From an uncultured Gemmatimonadales bacterium (GTDB lineage: Bacteria > Gemmatimonadota > Gemmatimonadetes > Gemmatimonadales > Gemmatimonadaceae): DNA of 64,000 nucleotides. This document shows, piece by piece, positions 30,179 through 40,631 of the stretch. The notes beneath the pieces are model-generated. The model was not told the DNA's origin and did not search any database. It was given only the letters and a program-made list of their open reading frames with translations. The stretch spans positions 384,001-448,000 of the forward strand of contig CAWKMU010000004.1 in NCBI GenBank assembly GCA_963850905.1, written 5' to 3'. The position numbers were made by a program, and so were the translations under genes. Every line of letters begins with the position of its first letter. The first letter of the stretch is position 1.

Positions 30179-31811
30179 CTAGTGCACCACCCAACCGGTG
30201 AACGGCGCGACGTACGCCTGCAGGGCCACCAGACCTCCGACCAGCGCAGCAAGGATGAGGCTGTGGATGAACACGAACCGCAAGAATGGCCCACTCGTGG
30301 CCGTACCACCGAGTCGTCGTGCTCGCGACGACGATGCTCTGCATGTCGATCATTTTCCCCATCACGCCGCCGGAGCTGTTTGCCGCGGCCATGAGAATGG
30401 GACTCAGCGCCAGGCGCTGCGCCGTGATGCGCTGGAGACTTCCAAAGAGGACGTTGGAGGAGGTGTCGGAGCCCGTGAGCGCGGTGCCCAACCAGCCGAG
30501 GAATGTGCCAAAGAAGGGATACCAGGCACCGGTGCGCGCGAAGGCGAGACCGAGGATCGCGTCCAGTCCGGCGTACCGCGTGAGGTAGCCGATCGCCAGC
30601 ATCGCCGCGATGGTGAGCAGCGACAGCTTGACGGAACGAAACGCATCTCGGTACACCTGCCACGCGTCTCGGGGGCGATACCCCATGACCGCAGCCGCGA
30701 TGAGCGCAGCGATGAGAATGCCCGTGCCAGTCGCCGACAACCAGTTGAACGTGAACAGCGCGGGCTCGGGCGTGACCACAGGCACGACCGGCGGCACGCG
30801 TAGCACCAGACGATCGAGTCCTGGGACGGGGAGCACGACCTTGGCCACCGCATCCAGCACGCCCTTGATTTGCGGGAGCCCCCAGAGGAACACGACGACG
30901 CTCAAGATCAGCCACGGGATCCACGCACGCCGGATCTCGCCTGGTTCGAGAGCGTCCGCGGGCGCTGGGTCGTGCGGGGTTCCACGCGGGCGCCAGACCC
31001 GGAGCAGCGCCGCGACGGCGATCATCGACGCGACCGATGCGCCGATGTCCACGAGCCACGGGCCGTGAAGGTCGGCGATGAGCCATTGCGGCACGGCAAA
31101 CGCGACGCCCGCGACCAGCAGTGCTGGCCACACCTCGAGGGTGCCTTTGAGGCCGGCAAACGCGAACATCAGCCAAAAGGGGATTACGAGCGCGAACACC
31201 GATAGCTGCCGTCCGACCATACTGCTGAGTGACAGAAGCGGCAGCCCCGTGACGCCGGCCAGCGCGATGAGTGGTGTGCCGAGTGCGCCAAACGCCACCG
31301 GAGCCGTGTTGGCAATGAGCGACAGTCCGGACGCCTCGAGCGGGGCGAATCCGAGACCGACCAGCAGGGCCGCAGTGATCGCGACCGGCGAGCCAAATCC
31401 CGCCGCGCCTTCGAAGAACGATCCGAAGCAGAACGCGACCAGCAGCAACTGCAACCGACGGTCGCTCGTGAGGCGCGAGAGGCTCTTCCGCAGAACGTCG
31501 AAGAGCCCGCGGTTCATCGTGAGCTGGTACAGGAAGATGACGTTGAGAATGATCCACCCGATGGGGAACAGCCCGTAGGCCGCACCCAGCAGCGCCGCGC
31601 GCGTCGCCAACGACGCGGGCATGCCGAGTGGTCCGACCGCCACGACGAACGCAGCCGCGAGTCCAAGCAGCGCGGCGTGGTGGGCCCGCAATCGCAGCGC
31701 CGCGATCGTGCCGAGCAGGATGACGATCGGCACCGCGGCCACCAGCGTCGACCAGACCGCGCTGTGCAGGGGGTCGTACGTTTGCGGCCACGGCGACACG
31801 GTCGATACCAT
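30179..31811 (-). pseudogene. lctP: L-lactate permease with a +1 frameshift near 30283
   Basis: EGAAGFGSP, ANTAPVAFG, TGSDTSSN, GGVMGKM; the last TM helix (LRFVFIHSLILAALVG...VVH*) is in another frame. May be a sequencing error. Confidence 0.88.
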
Positions 31812-31901
31812 ATCAATGAAGGGGTGCGCGCGAGCCTGCTTTGGGGGACCTGGCGGGCTATACCTGCGTCCGCCCCGCCCCCAAGTCAATCCCGGGCGCC
31901 C

Positions 31902-31952
31902 TTGACAAACGGCGCGCAATGTTGAAATATCAACACTGCTGATTTCTCAGCA
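31902..31952 (+). promoter_or_regulatory. Sigma70-like promoter with tandem palindromic operators
   Basis: TTGACA at 31902; TGTTGAAATATCAACA (31920-31935) and TGCTGATTTCTCAGCA (31937-31952) over and after the -10 region. Confidence 0.8.
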
Positions 31953-31980
31953 CTGGTTTTCCCCTTTCCTTGGCTCCCCG

Positions 31981-32382
31981 ATGATGGCCCGAACCGCGAC
32001 CGCCACGACCGCCGCCCTCTCACGGCGCGAACACCAGGTCATGGACATCCTGCACCGCCGGCGAGAGGCGACGGTGGCTGAGATCATGGACGACCTGCCC
32101 GATCCACCGACCTACTCTGCGGTGCGATCCGTGCTACGAATCCTGGGTGAGCGTGGACTCGTTAGGTACAAGGAAGACGGGCCACGGTACGTGTACTCGC
32201 CGGCGATTGCGACAGAGGCCGCCCGGGAGGATGTCTTGGCTCACGTCGTCCGCACCTATTTCGGCGGCTCGCCCGAGCAGGCCGTGACCGCGTTGCTTCG
32301 CATGTCGGACGCGGACATCGGGCCGCAGGATCTCGACCGACTCCGCAAGACCATTGATCGCGCGCGCCAGCGCGGGAGATAA
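31981..32382 (+). CDS. BlaI/MecI/CopY family repressor
   Basis: LSRREHQVMDIL, TYSAVRSVLRIL, YFGGS. Confidence 0.93.
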   Translation: MMARTATATTAALSRREHQVMDILHRRREATVAEIMDDLPDPPTYSAVRSVLRILGERGLVRYKEDGPRYVYSPAIATEAAREDVLAHVVRTYFGGSPEQAVTALLRMSDADIGPQDLDRLRKTIDRARQRGR

Positions 32383-32387
32383 CTGTC

Positions 32388-34493
32388 ATGCCCTCGCTGC
32401 CGTTCGCTTCGACGCTGCTCGCGCGTCCCGAATGGACCACCGATCTAATCGTTTTGCTCCTCAAAGCGACGCTTGTCCTCGTCGTCGCCTTCGGCATCAC
32501 CCGGACGATGCAGCGCGCGTCGGCCGGCACTCGTCACCTCGTCTGGTTGGTCGCGCTGGCGGGATTGCTCGTCGTGCCAGCATTGACGGCGTGGGCCCCG
32601 CTCGAGCTCCCCATCCTCCCCGCCCTCTCGCACCCGAGCCCGACAGACGTCACGACCGTCGCGCGCGTCGATGCGCCGATACCGGAACGCACGCCTGCGA
32701 CCATCACGACCGGCCTCGGCGACCACGCGCAGCGCACGCGCACCGTGGAAAGCACTGTCGCGTCGCCGACGCTTGGGCAAACGGAGCACTGGACGGGCTG
32801 GGTCATCGACGGCGCTGTCCTCATGCTGGCCGTTTGGATGAGTGGCGTGCTGATCGTGCTGACCTCGCTCGCTTGGTCGGGATTGGCGGTGCGACGCATG
32901 CTGCGCCGTGCCCATGCGCCCGACGATCCGGCATGGCGCACGATTCTCGTCGAAGTGGCCGACCGCCTCGGACTCGATGAACCGCCTCGGTTGCTGATGA
33001 GCGCTGATACACAGATGCCGTTCGGATGCGGCGTGCGGGAGCCGACCATCGTCATCCCGGAGCAGAGCGAAAACTGGTCGCTGGGTCGGCGACGCGCCGT
33101 GCTGCTGCATGAGCTCGCGCACGTGCGCCGCCGCGATCTCCTGGCGCACATGCTCGGCCGCATCACCTGCGCGTGCTACTGGTTCCATCCCCTGGTCTGG
33201 GTCGCGGCCAAGCGGCTGCGATCCGAGAGCGAGCGTGCGTGCGATGATCTCGCAGTCACCTGCGGTACGCTTCCGGCGGACTACGCCGAGCACCTCCTGG
33301 ACATCGTGACCGCAGTCCGCGCCCCTGCGGTGCCGACCGTTGCACTGGCGATGGCACGGCGCAAGGAATTCGAGGGGCGAGTCCTCGCCATTCTGGATCC
33401 CGAGCTCCCACACTCATCGCCGCGTCGAGGCACATCCATCGCGTTGATCGCCACCGTCGGATTGAGCGCGGGCCTCGTGGCAGCGGCCGCGCCGGTGCCA
33501 CGCTCGCAACCAACGGCGCACGAGCCGCCGTCATCCACGCTGCCAACGCCGACTGTCCAAGCGCAACCGACGGTGCCGCTGCGAGCGGCGGCCCCTGCAC
33601 CAACTCCGCAGCCGCGTCGCATCACGGCGGCGACGCCGGCGCCCGTGACGAGTGCGAGCACGACACTCGCGCCCGACGCGACGGCACATCAGATCCTGAA
33701 TACGCTGCGCCTTCCGTCGGGCGTAGCGGTCGCTCGCGGCGAACCCCAGGCGACCAACGCGCAGCAGCCACCCGATGACCGGCCGGCGCTCCTCGCAAAG
33801 GTACTGCGCTCCGATAGCAGTGCGACCCTGCGCCGCATCGCGGCCTGGGGCCTCCAACAGTACGAGAAGTCATCGGTCGCGGCCGACGCGCTCGTCAACG
33901 CGGTCAGACACGATGCCGACGCCAGTGTCCGGGAGATGGCTGCGTGGTCGCTCCAAGACTATGACCATCACGGTGGGGTGGTCGAGGCGCTGAGCGCCGC
34001 GCTTCGCGGTGACCCCGATTCGCGAGTGCGGGGGACGGCTGCATGGGCGCTCGGTGGGCTGGGCGCGGATGGGGCCGCTGATGCCCTCACTGCGGCGCTC
34101 TCGGATTCGAGCGAAGCCGTCCGAAGCCGTGCGGCGTGGGCGCTCGGGAACGCGGAAGTGAAGCAGGCGCCGCCAGCGCTCATCGCGATGCTCCGCGACC
34201 GCGACGCCGAGACTCGGCAACTAGCGGCCTGGGCGCTCTACCAGATCCAGGATCCGGCTGCCCTTCCTGCCTTGGAGGCAGCGCTCCGCACCGAGTCCAA
34301 CGAGGAGGCTCAGTTCGCGTACCTCCGTGCGATCGCGGTGATGGGCGACAAGTCGGTGGATGTGCTGCGAGGCCTGCTCGAGTCGCCCGACAAGCGAATC
34401 AAATCCATGGCGGTCCGCGCGCTCGCCGGGGGGCATGCGACCGGGCCGTGGCCGTGGCCCTGGCCCGAACCGCGGCCGGACCCCGAGTCGTAG
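32388..34493 (+). CDS. M56 (BlaR1-like) membrane metallopeptidase with C-terminal HEAT repeats
   Basis: RHLVWL, HELAH, WFHPLVW, ERACDD; TM; Pro/Thr linker; VRxxAAWALG repeats. Confidence 0.92.
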   Translation: MPSLPFASTLLARPEWTTDLIVLLLKATLVLVVAFGITRTMQRASAGTRHLVWLVALAGLLVVPALTAWAPLELPILPALSHPSPTDVTTVARVDAPIPERTPATITTGLGDHAQRTRTVESTVASPTLGQTEHWTGWVIDGAVLMLAVWMSGVLIVLTSLAWSGLAVRRMLRRAHAPDDPAWRTILVEVADRLGLDEPPRLLMSADTQMPFGCGVREPTIVIPEQSENWSLGRRRAVLLHELAHVRRRDLLAHMLGRITCACYWFHPLVWVAAKRLRSESERACDDLAVTCGTLPADYAEHLLDIVTAVRAPAVPTVALAMARRKEFEGRVLAILDPELPHSSPRRGTSIALIATVGLSAGLVAAAAPVPRSQPTAHEPPSSTLPTPTVQAQPTVPLRAAAPAPTPQPRRITAATPAPVTSASTTLAPDATAHQILNTLRLPSGVAVARGEPQATNAQQPPDDRPALLAKVLRSDSSATLRRIAAWGLQQYEKSSVAADALVNAVRHDADASVREMAAWSLQDYDHHGGVVEALSAALRGDPDSRVRGTAAWALGGLGADGAADALTAALSDSSEAVRSRAAWALGNAEVKQAPPALIAMLRDRDAETRQLAAWALYQIQDPAALPALEAALRTESNEEAQFAYLRAIAVMGDKSVDVLRGLLESPDKRIKSMAVRALAGGHATGPWPWPWPEPRPDPES

Positions 34494-34552
34494 CCGCACG
34501 CCCGCCCTGACGCCATTCCAGGACTGACCAATGTGTTTTTCGCACGCTCGAC

Positions 34553-34568
34553 TGCTGATTTTTCAACC
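34553..34568 (+). promoter_or_regulatory. Third copy of the BlaI-locus operator
   Basis: TGCTGATTTTTCAACC, 42 bp before the ATG at 34611. Confidence 0.65.
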
Positions 34569-34610
34569 TACGGCACGCGGCGACGCGCCGTGTCCAACAC
34601 CGGAGTCGCT

Positions 34611-35999
34611 ATGCAACGCATGATCGGACTCGCTGCATTTGCTTCTGTCCTGTCGATCGCGGGTGGCCACGGCGACCGGCTCACGGCACTCGCAGGGACA
34701 CCTGCGCCGGCTGTGATGGCTGCACCGCAGGCGCCCGTCGATCTCGAGGCGCTGCTCGCCGCTGCACACGGAGCGCCGCCGATGATCTGCGCGCTCGCCG
34801 CGCGCTCCATTGGAAACGGAAGGTGGGGGCGGTGGGCCGATGCACCCGAAACGCCTTTGGGTTCGGTCGCTGTCGAGGACAATGGGGAAGAGAGAACGCG
34901 CCAGCTGTCCGCCGCCGATGAGGATCGCTTGCTGGCGGGCTTGGCCTCCGATGACGCCTGCGTCCGCGAGCTGTCGGTGCGGCTGTTGGGCGATCACGAG
35001 AACGCGCGCGTTGCCGGTGCCCTCGTCACTCGGCTCACGTCGAGTGATCCCTCCCTCCGGGCAATCGCTGCCGCCGGCCTCGGCCTCCTCGGCTCGGAGA
35101 CCGGCATCGACGGATTGATTGTCGCCCTTCGAGACGGTACGCCTGCCGTGCGCGCCAACAGCGCGTGGGCACTGGGTCGGATCGAAAACGGACGGGCGCT
35201 GTCTCCACTCGTTCAACTCTTTCGCGACAATGACACGACGGTCCGCGCAGCCGCTGTCGTCGCGGTCGGACGGCTCGACTCCACGAGCGTTACCGCGGCG
35301 CTGACGCGCGTACTGCAGCAAGACCAGGTGCCGTCCGTCCGGCGGGTCGCGGCCTGGGCACTTGGGACCCTGGAAGCCCACGACGCGGCCGCGGCCTTGG
35401 CGGCTACCCTCGGACACGACACGGACCCTCGCGTGCGGGAGATGAGTGCGTGGGCGCTCGGCAACATCGAGGCGAAGAACGACGCTGCGGTGCTCGTCAC
35501 TGCCCTCCAGCACGACGAAGATGACAAGGTGCGAGAGACCGCCGCGTGGGCCCTTGGCCAAAGCGAAAGCGTATCGTCGATCGACGCGCTCGGTGCCGCA
35601 GCCGGTGCCGACCACAGCGCCCGCGTTCGCGCCACGGCCGCGTGGGCGATCGGCCAGCTCGCCGACGACGGCGGACGCGCACCGGCGGGACTGCTGCGAG
35701 TGCTGACCGACGAGAGCGACGAGGCGCGTCTCAAAGCCGCCTGGGCGCTCGGACAGCTTGAGGATTCGACCGCCCTCCCAGCAATTCGACTGGCGCTCAA
35801 CGCAGAGAAGAACACCGAGGTACGGCGAGCGCTGGTTCGCGCATTGGTCAAGTGCGGCGGACGCTCGGAGCAGACGCTGAGCGCATTGCTCAGCTCCAAC
35901 GATCCCGCAGTCCGCGAGGCGGCCGTGCGCGGACTCGCCGGCCGCGAAGCCTTCGGCCCATGGCCAATGCCCGAACCGCGCCCGCGTCCCTTCCCATGA
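34611..35999 (+). CDS. Secreted HEAT-repeat protein
   Basis: GGAG RBS, signal-like N-terminus, about 10 HEAT/PBS-lyase-like repeats. Confidence 0.88.
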   Translation: MQRMIGLAAFASVLSIAGGHGDRLTALAGTPAPAVMAAPQAPVDLEALLAAAHGAPPMICALAARSIGNGRWGRWADAPETPLGSVAVEDNGEERTRQLSAADEDRLLAGLASDDACVRELSVRLLGDHENARVAGALVTRLTSSDPSLRAIAAAGLGLLGSETGIDGLIVALRDGTPAVRANSAWALGRIENGRALSPLVQLFRDNDTTVRAAAVVAVGRLDSTSVTAALTRVLQQDQVPSVRRVAAWALGTLEAHDAAAALAATLGHDTDPRVREMSAWALGNIEAKNDAAVLVTALQHDEDDKVRETAAWALGQSESVSSIDALGAAAGADHSARVRATAAWAIGQLADDGGRAPAGLLRVLTDESDEARLKAAWALGQLEDSTALPAIRLALNAEKNTEVRRALVRALVKCGGRSEQTLSALLSSNDPAVREAAVRGLAGREAFGPWPMPEPRPRPFP

Positions 36000-36006
36000 T
36001 CGGGCG

Positions 36007-36161
36007 GCAGGGGCAACGCATGCGTCGCCCGCCCGTCTGACACCCCACGCACGATGCGTCGCCGCCCGCCAGTAGGGGCGACGCATCGTGTCGCCCGCCT
36101 GTGTGACACGCGCGCACAAGGTGTCGCCGCCCGCGGGTAGGGGCGACGCATGCGTCGCCCT
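36007..36161 (+). repeat. Three REP-containing units with 65-bp period
   Basis: Hairpins at 36007, 36072 and 36137 with mutually similar linkers. Confidence 0.85.
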
Positions 36162-36353
36162 GCCAAGGGGCACCGTCCTCGATTTCCGGGAGACGGCCCG
36201 GGCATTTGCCCGGCCCTTTCTTGGTTACGGTGTGTCTAGCCGGCTCTGAGGTTGGTTCTCCAGCGTCCAGCGTCCAGCACCATATTCATGGAGGTCTCGT
36301 GAACAGGCGAACGCGACTTCTATAGGCCTCGTGCTTCACCGGGAGGGAGGACG

Positions 36354-37163
36354 ATGGCGGGTGAACCGACGCGCAATCCGACCGACTTCCTTGCCGCCGA
36401 GCGAACGTTCCTCGCGTGGGTACGGACGGGACTGGCGCTCATGGGCTTTGGCTTCGTGGTTGCTCGGTTCGGCCTATTCATACAGGAGCTCGGGCTTGTG
36501 CCGGCCGGCGCACACCTGCCGTCGACTGGCCTGTCATTACCACTTGGCACGGCGCTCATTGCGTTGGGCGTCGTCGTCAACGCCTTCAGCGGCTGGGCGT
36601 ATGTGCAACTGATCCGGCGGCTGAAGCGGGGGGAGACGGTCCTCCAACTGTCGGCACCGCTCGGCGTCGTGCTCGCGGGACTCCTCGCGGTGTTGGGCGT
36701 GGCGATGGTGGTTGGACTGATGTCGGTCAACAAGCAGCCGCCGAAGGCCAGCGGCAATGCGGAGGAAACGAGGATGACGCCAGGCAACGGCATCGTGACC
36801 GTAGCGAGTCACCAGTCCGTCGACAAAACCGTCGATACGCTCCAGAGCCTGCTGCGGGAGAAAGGCATCAAGCTGTTTGCGCTCATCGATCACAGTGGCG
36901 AGGCCAAGGCTGCCGGTCTCGAGATGGGCCCGACCAAGCTGCTCATCTTCGGAAGCCCCAAGGCAGGGACGCCGCTCATGATCGCCTCGCCAAGCATCGC
37001 GATCGATCTGCCGCTCAAGCTGTTGGTCTCGGAAGACTCGAGCGGCAAAGTGTGGATCTCGTATAACGCGCCCGCGTACCTGCAAGCTCGACACGGGCTG
37101 CCACAAGACCTGCTACAACCACTCGCCGGCGTCGCGGCGCTCGCGAACAAGGCAGCCGAATAA
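36354..37163 (+). CDS. DUF202 (YidH)-DUF302 fusion protein
   Basis: LAAERTFLAWVRTGLALMGFGF (DUF202) plus FALIDHS...LLIFGSPKAGTPLM...DLPLK (DUF302). Confidence 0.85.
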   Translation: MAGEPTRNPTDFLAAERTFLAWVRTGLALMGFGFVVARFGLFIQELGLVPAGAHLPSTGLSLPLGTALIALGVVVNAFSGWAYVQLIRRLKRGETVLQLSAPLGVVLAGLLAVLGVAMVVGLMSVNKQPPKASGNAEETRMTPGNGIVTVASHQSVDKTVDTLQSLLREKGIKLFALIDHSGEAKAAGLEMGPTKLLIFGSPKAGTPLMIASPSIAIDLPLKLLVSEDSSGKVWISYNAPAYLQARHGLPQDLLQPLAGVAALANKAAE

Positions 37164-37166
37164 GAT

Positions 37167-37192
37167 GTAGGGGCGACGCCATGCGTCGCCCC
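37167..37192 (+). repeat. GTAG-REP
   Basis: GTAGGGGCGACGCCATGCGTCGCCCC. Confidence 0.85.
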
Positions 37193-37200
37193 CGAACTGA

Positions 37201-37905
37201 TCAGAACCGCAAAGTGATGCCCGACGAAATGACGGGATACAGGCTGAGTTTATTGACTGACCGCTGCGTTGTCGCTTGCTGCGCGGCGAGATCGGTCGCG
37301 AGCGGTGCGTCCGTCGCAGCGCCCGTGGCGGTGAGTGCGACCTGCGGGCGCGAAAGGATTGCGCCGATATCGAACGAGGCCGCCATGAGGGTCTTGCGAG
37401 CCGGTGTGCCAAATCCGAGCCCGAGGTAGCCGCCGCTCGATGGATACTTGAACGATCCGTTGAGCACACCCACCTGCGCCTGCGTATACGAGTCGTGGTT
37501 GATCGTGATCGTCCCATTCGGACCGGGGATCGCGGTGCCGGTGAGTTGCGTGCGGTTGATCACCATCCCGCCGGTGATGTGCAACGCGCCGCGCGCCATT
37601 GGGTAGAGGTCCAGCAACAGCGGGACGCTCTCCAAGCGCAGCGTGCCGGCATACTGCACATCACTGAAGGTCTCGTTCGGGCTGAGCGAGAAGTAGTTCA
37701 AGCCGGCTCGCACACCGAGGTGGCTGAATAAGAGCTTGCTGACTTGGCCTCCGAAACCAAGGGTCCCAAAGGTCACGCCAACGCCGAGATCGAGATGGCC
37801 GACGTCCTGTGCACTGAGCGCCATCGGTGTTGTTGCAAGTACGAGTCCCATACAGGCGAGCACTTCGCGCAACCGTTTGGATGTTGCCCGGCCGGAGACT
37901 GCCAT
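37201..37905 (-). CDS. Putative outer-membrane beta-barrel protein (start uncertain)
   Basis: Signal peptide, GTLGFG, amphipathic strands, C-terminal Phe. Confidence 0.7.
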   Translation of the reverse strand: MAVSGRATSKRLREVLACMGLVLATTPMALSAQDVGHLDLGVGVTFGTLGFGGQVSKLLFSHLGVRAGLNYFSLSPNETFSDVQYAGTLRLESVPLLLDLYPMARGALHITGGMVINRTQLTGTAIPGPNGTITINHDSYTQAQVGVLNGSFKYPSSGGYLGLGFGTPARKTLMAASFDIGAILSRPQVALTATGAATDAPLATDLAAQQATTQRSVNKLSLYPVISSGITLRF

Positions 37906-38097
37906 CCCACGTGATCGGAGACTGCCTCCCATCTGCATCGCGTACCTCCACAGGGGCGGAAGCTGGTGCTGAGGACTGACGACCGCGGGGAACGCCACGG
38001 ATGCCGATTACTTACTCGAAGGCCTGAGCCCCGAGCGCTTACCTTACCATACGATCGACGTTGGACCTTCGTCTCACTTGGCGCGCCGGCGAGGACC

Positions 38098-38928
38098 ATG
38101 AACAGCGAGCAAGCGGCGACCGCGTTGTGCAGCTTGAATCACTTCTACGCCGTAGTGGACACGGCGACCTATCGGGCCATGGAAGGTGATTCGTTTCTGC
38201 GCCGGGCCTTCGCGCCAAACGAGCGGCGGACCACAGTTCGGACGGACCAGACCTACACAGGCCTGTACTTCTACGGCGTCAATACCTACTTCGAGGTGTT
38301 CGACGTGGCCGACTCGGGTGGCCGAGCGGTCGGCGACTATGGACTCGCCTTTGGTGTCGACAACGTCGGGGAGATCTCAGCCCTTGGCGAACGGGTAGGT
38401 CCCGATCTCGAGTCGGAGCCCGAGCTGATCACGCGGTTGTATGAGGGGCAGCAGGTGCCGTGGTTTTTCATGGCGACATTGACACACTTTCCTCACGGAT
38501 CCGCGCACAGCTCGTGGGTGATGGAGTATCACCCGAACTTTCTGAACCGATGGCATCCACGTCCGTATGGCCACGCTGGTGTTCGGCGTCGCGACATCCT
38601 CGCTCGCTATCGTGACGTTTTGGGTGAGCAAGTTGTCGATCCGATCCTCGTCGACGTCGTTGGCTTGACGATTGCCGCGAACGCCGCAACTCGCCAGCAC
38701 CTCACATCGTTCTGCACGGCCGCCGGGTATCGCGCCGAGACGTCGGACGGCAGCGTGGAATTGCACGGCCCCGATCTCGTGTTGCGACTCGTGGCGGCGA
38801 ACGGCACCGCCGAGAGCATCCAGCAGGTGGAGATGCGAACCGACCGTCAGCCCTCCAAACTCTCCGAGCTGCAGTTCGTCCGCTCGACGCTTCGTTTCAC
38901 CCCCGGCCACGCGACCCTCATTTTCTAG
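38098..38928 (+). CDS. DUF5829-like (glyoxalase-like fold) protein
   Basis: LNHFYAVVD...YTGLYFYGVNTYFEVF. Confidence 0.6.
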   Translation: MNSEQAATALCSLNHFYAVVDTATYRAMEGDSFLRRAFAPNERRTTVRTDQTYTGLYFYGVNTYFEVFDVADSGGRAVGDYGLAFGVDNVGEISALGERVGPDLESEPELITRLYEGQQVPWFFMATLTHFPHGSAHSSWVMEYHPNFLNRWHPRPYGHAGVRRRDILARYRDVLGEQVVDPILVDVVGLTIAANAATRQHLTSFCTAAGYRAETSDGSVELHGPDLVLRLVAANGTAESIQQVEMRTDRQPSKLSELQFVRSTLRFTPGHATLIF

Positions 38929-38929
38929 C

Positions 38930-38999
38930 CTCCAGCGTCCAGCGTCTAACGTCCAGCGTCTAGCGTCTAGCATCTAGCATCTAGCATCTAACCCCCAGC
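38930..38999 (+). repeat. Heptamer array (CGTCCAG/CGTCTAG/CATCTAG)n
   Basis: About 9 units; same family at 15730, 36259 and 40605. Confidence 0.85.
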
Positions 39000-40469
39000 G
39001 TGTATCGTCCCATCACTACCTGTGGAAGCCGCACTTTCGCCGTTGCGTGCCTCTCGCTGACCTACCTGTCTCCCGCTCGCCTCGCAGGCCAGGGAGCCGT
39101 GGACTCGACTCGTGCGGCAGACCCCGCGACGTCGACAGCCGGCATGCACACAGTGGCGGGCATGGGCGTGACGGACAGCGTGCACGGTGCCGCCGCCACT
39201 CCAATGGGCAACATGGGCATGCGACCGGGACCACTGGGCATACCGATCACGCGAATGGGGTCGGGGACGTCCTGGCTACCGGACGCCGCGCCAATGCGCG
39301 CCGAGCACATCATGACCGGCGGCTGGGAGTTGATGATCCATGGTTCGGTCTTCGTGACCTACGATCAGCAGTTCGGCGGCCCGCGCAGCGCCACTCAATT
39401 CGGAAGCCAGAATTGGGCCATGTTCATGGCCAGCCATTGGCTCGGCGCGGGACGACTCGAACTTCGTACGATGGTCAGTGCCGAGCCCTGGACCGCCACG
39501 GATCGCGGGTATCCACTCCTGCTCCAATCGGGCGAGCAATACAATGGCGCCCCGTTGCACGATCGACAGCACCCACACGACCTGTTCATGGAAATCGCTG
39601 CTGATTACCAGACGCCAATTACCAAGACCGTAGGTCTCGACGTGTATGGCGGTCCCGCCGGTGAGCCGGCACTCGGGCCCGTGGCGTTTCCCCACCGTCC
39701 GTCAGCATCGAGTGATCCCTTTGCCCCACTCGGTCACCATTGGCAAGACGCGACCCACGTGAGCTTTGGCGTGCTCACCGCCGGCATCTTCACCCATGAC
39801 GTGAAGCTCGAAGCGTCCACCTTCAACGGTCGTGAGCCGGATCAACATCGTCTAGATATTGACCTCGCCACCCCGCACAATCCGACATTTGACTCCTACT
39901 CGACACGCCTGAGCTTCAATCCTGGAGCGCAGTGGAGCCTGGCCGCGTGGTACGGTTATCTCAGAAGTCCCGAGCAGCTGGAACCCACAGTATCACAGCA
40001 TCGGATGGGGGCCTCTGTGCTCAATTCCCGGCGCTTTGGTGCGCACGGGCAGTGGTCGAGTGCCGCGATCTATAGCGCCAATCTGTACTCGAACGACCCA
40101 CGCTTGAGCAACAGCGCGCTCGTCGAGACCAACCTCGACTTCGACGGACACAATACTGTATTCGGTCGTGCCGAATTCGTCACCAAAAGCCCCGATGATC
40201 TCGACGTGCCCACGCCATTGCCCCCTGCCCCCAATCGGTTCAACATCGGGTCATTCACGCTGGGCTACGTGCGGGAAATTGGGCCTCTTACCCGGTTCGC
40301 CTCGGCCGGGCTCGGTGGGCTCGTGATCCTCAACGCCATTCCGTCGACACTCGACGAGACCTATCACACGCGCGTGCCCCGCGGCTACGGCATCTATGTG
40401 CGCGTTCGCCCATCGACCGTTCACGGTGCAGAAAGCCAGTCGATGGGCAACATGCACATGGGAACGTGA
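39000..40469 (+). CDS. Exported Met/His-rich putative outer-membrane protein
   Basis: GSGTSWLP, QHPHDLFME, GHHWQDATH; Met-rich ends. Confidence 0.7.
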   Translation: MYRPITTCGSRTFAVACLSLTYLSPARLAGQGAVDSTRAADPATSTAGMHTVAGMGVTDSVHGAAATPMGNMGMRPGPLGIPITRMGSGTSWLPDAAPMRAEHIMTGGWELMIHGSVFVTYDQQFGGPRSATQFGSQNWAMFMASHWLGAGRLELRTMVSAEPWTATDRGYPLLLQSGEQYNGAPLHDRQHPHDLFMEIAADYQTPITKTVGLDVYGGPAGEPALGPVAFPHRPSASSDPFAPLGHHWQDATHVSFGVLTAGIFTHDVKLEASTFNGREPDQHRLDIDLATPHNPTFDSYSTRLSFNPGAQWSLAAWYGYLRSPEQLEPTVSQHRMGASVLNSRRFGAHGQWSSAAIYSANLYSNDPRLSNSALVETNLDFDGHNTVFGRAEFVTKSPDDLDVPTPLPPAPNRFNIGSFTLGYVREIGPLTRFASAGLGGLVILNAIPSTLDETYHTRVPRGYGIYVRVRPSTVHGAESQSMGNMHMGT

Positions 40470-40631
40470 ATTGACTCGCTGGGCTCCTTGCCCGCCGTAC
40501 TCGACCGCTCGATTACCCTTGCATTTCAACTTGGTTGCCTCAATCTCCAGACACACCCCCGCCGTCTAAGCGCACGCCGTCGCCCCGGGTGCACCAGCTA
40601 ACATTTAGCGTCCAACGTCTAACGCGAGCCA

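Noticed and set aside
36007..36161. CRISPR-like periodicity (about 25-bp palindromes every 62-65 bp; also at 7227-7359)
   Set aside because: Linkers resemble each other, there are only 2-3 units, the repeat is a dispersed REP, and no cas genes are present
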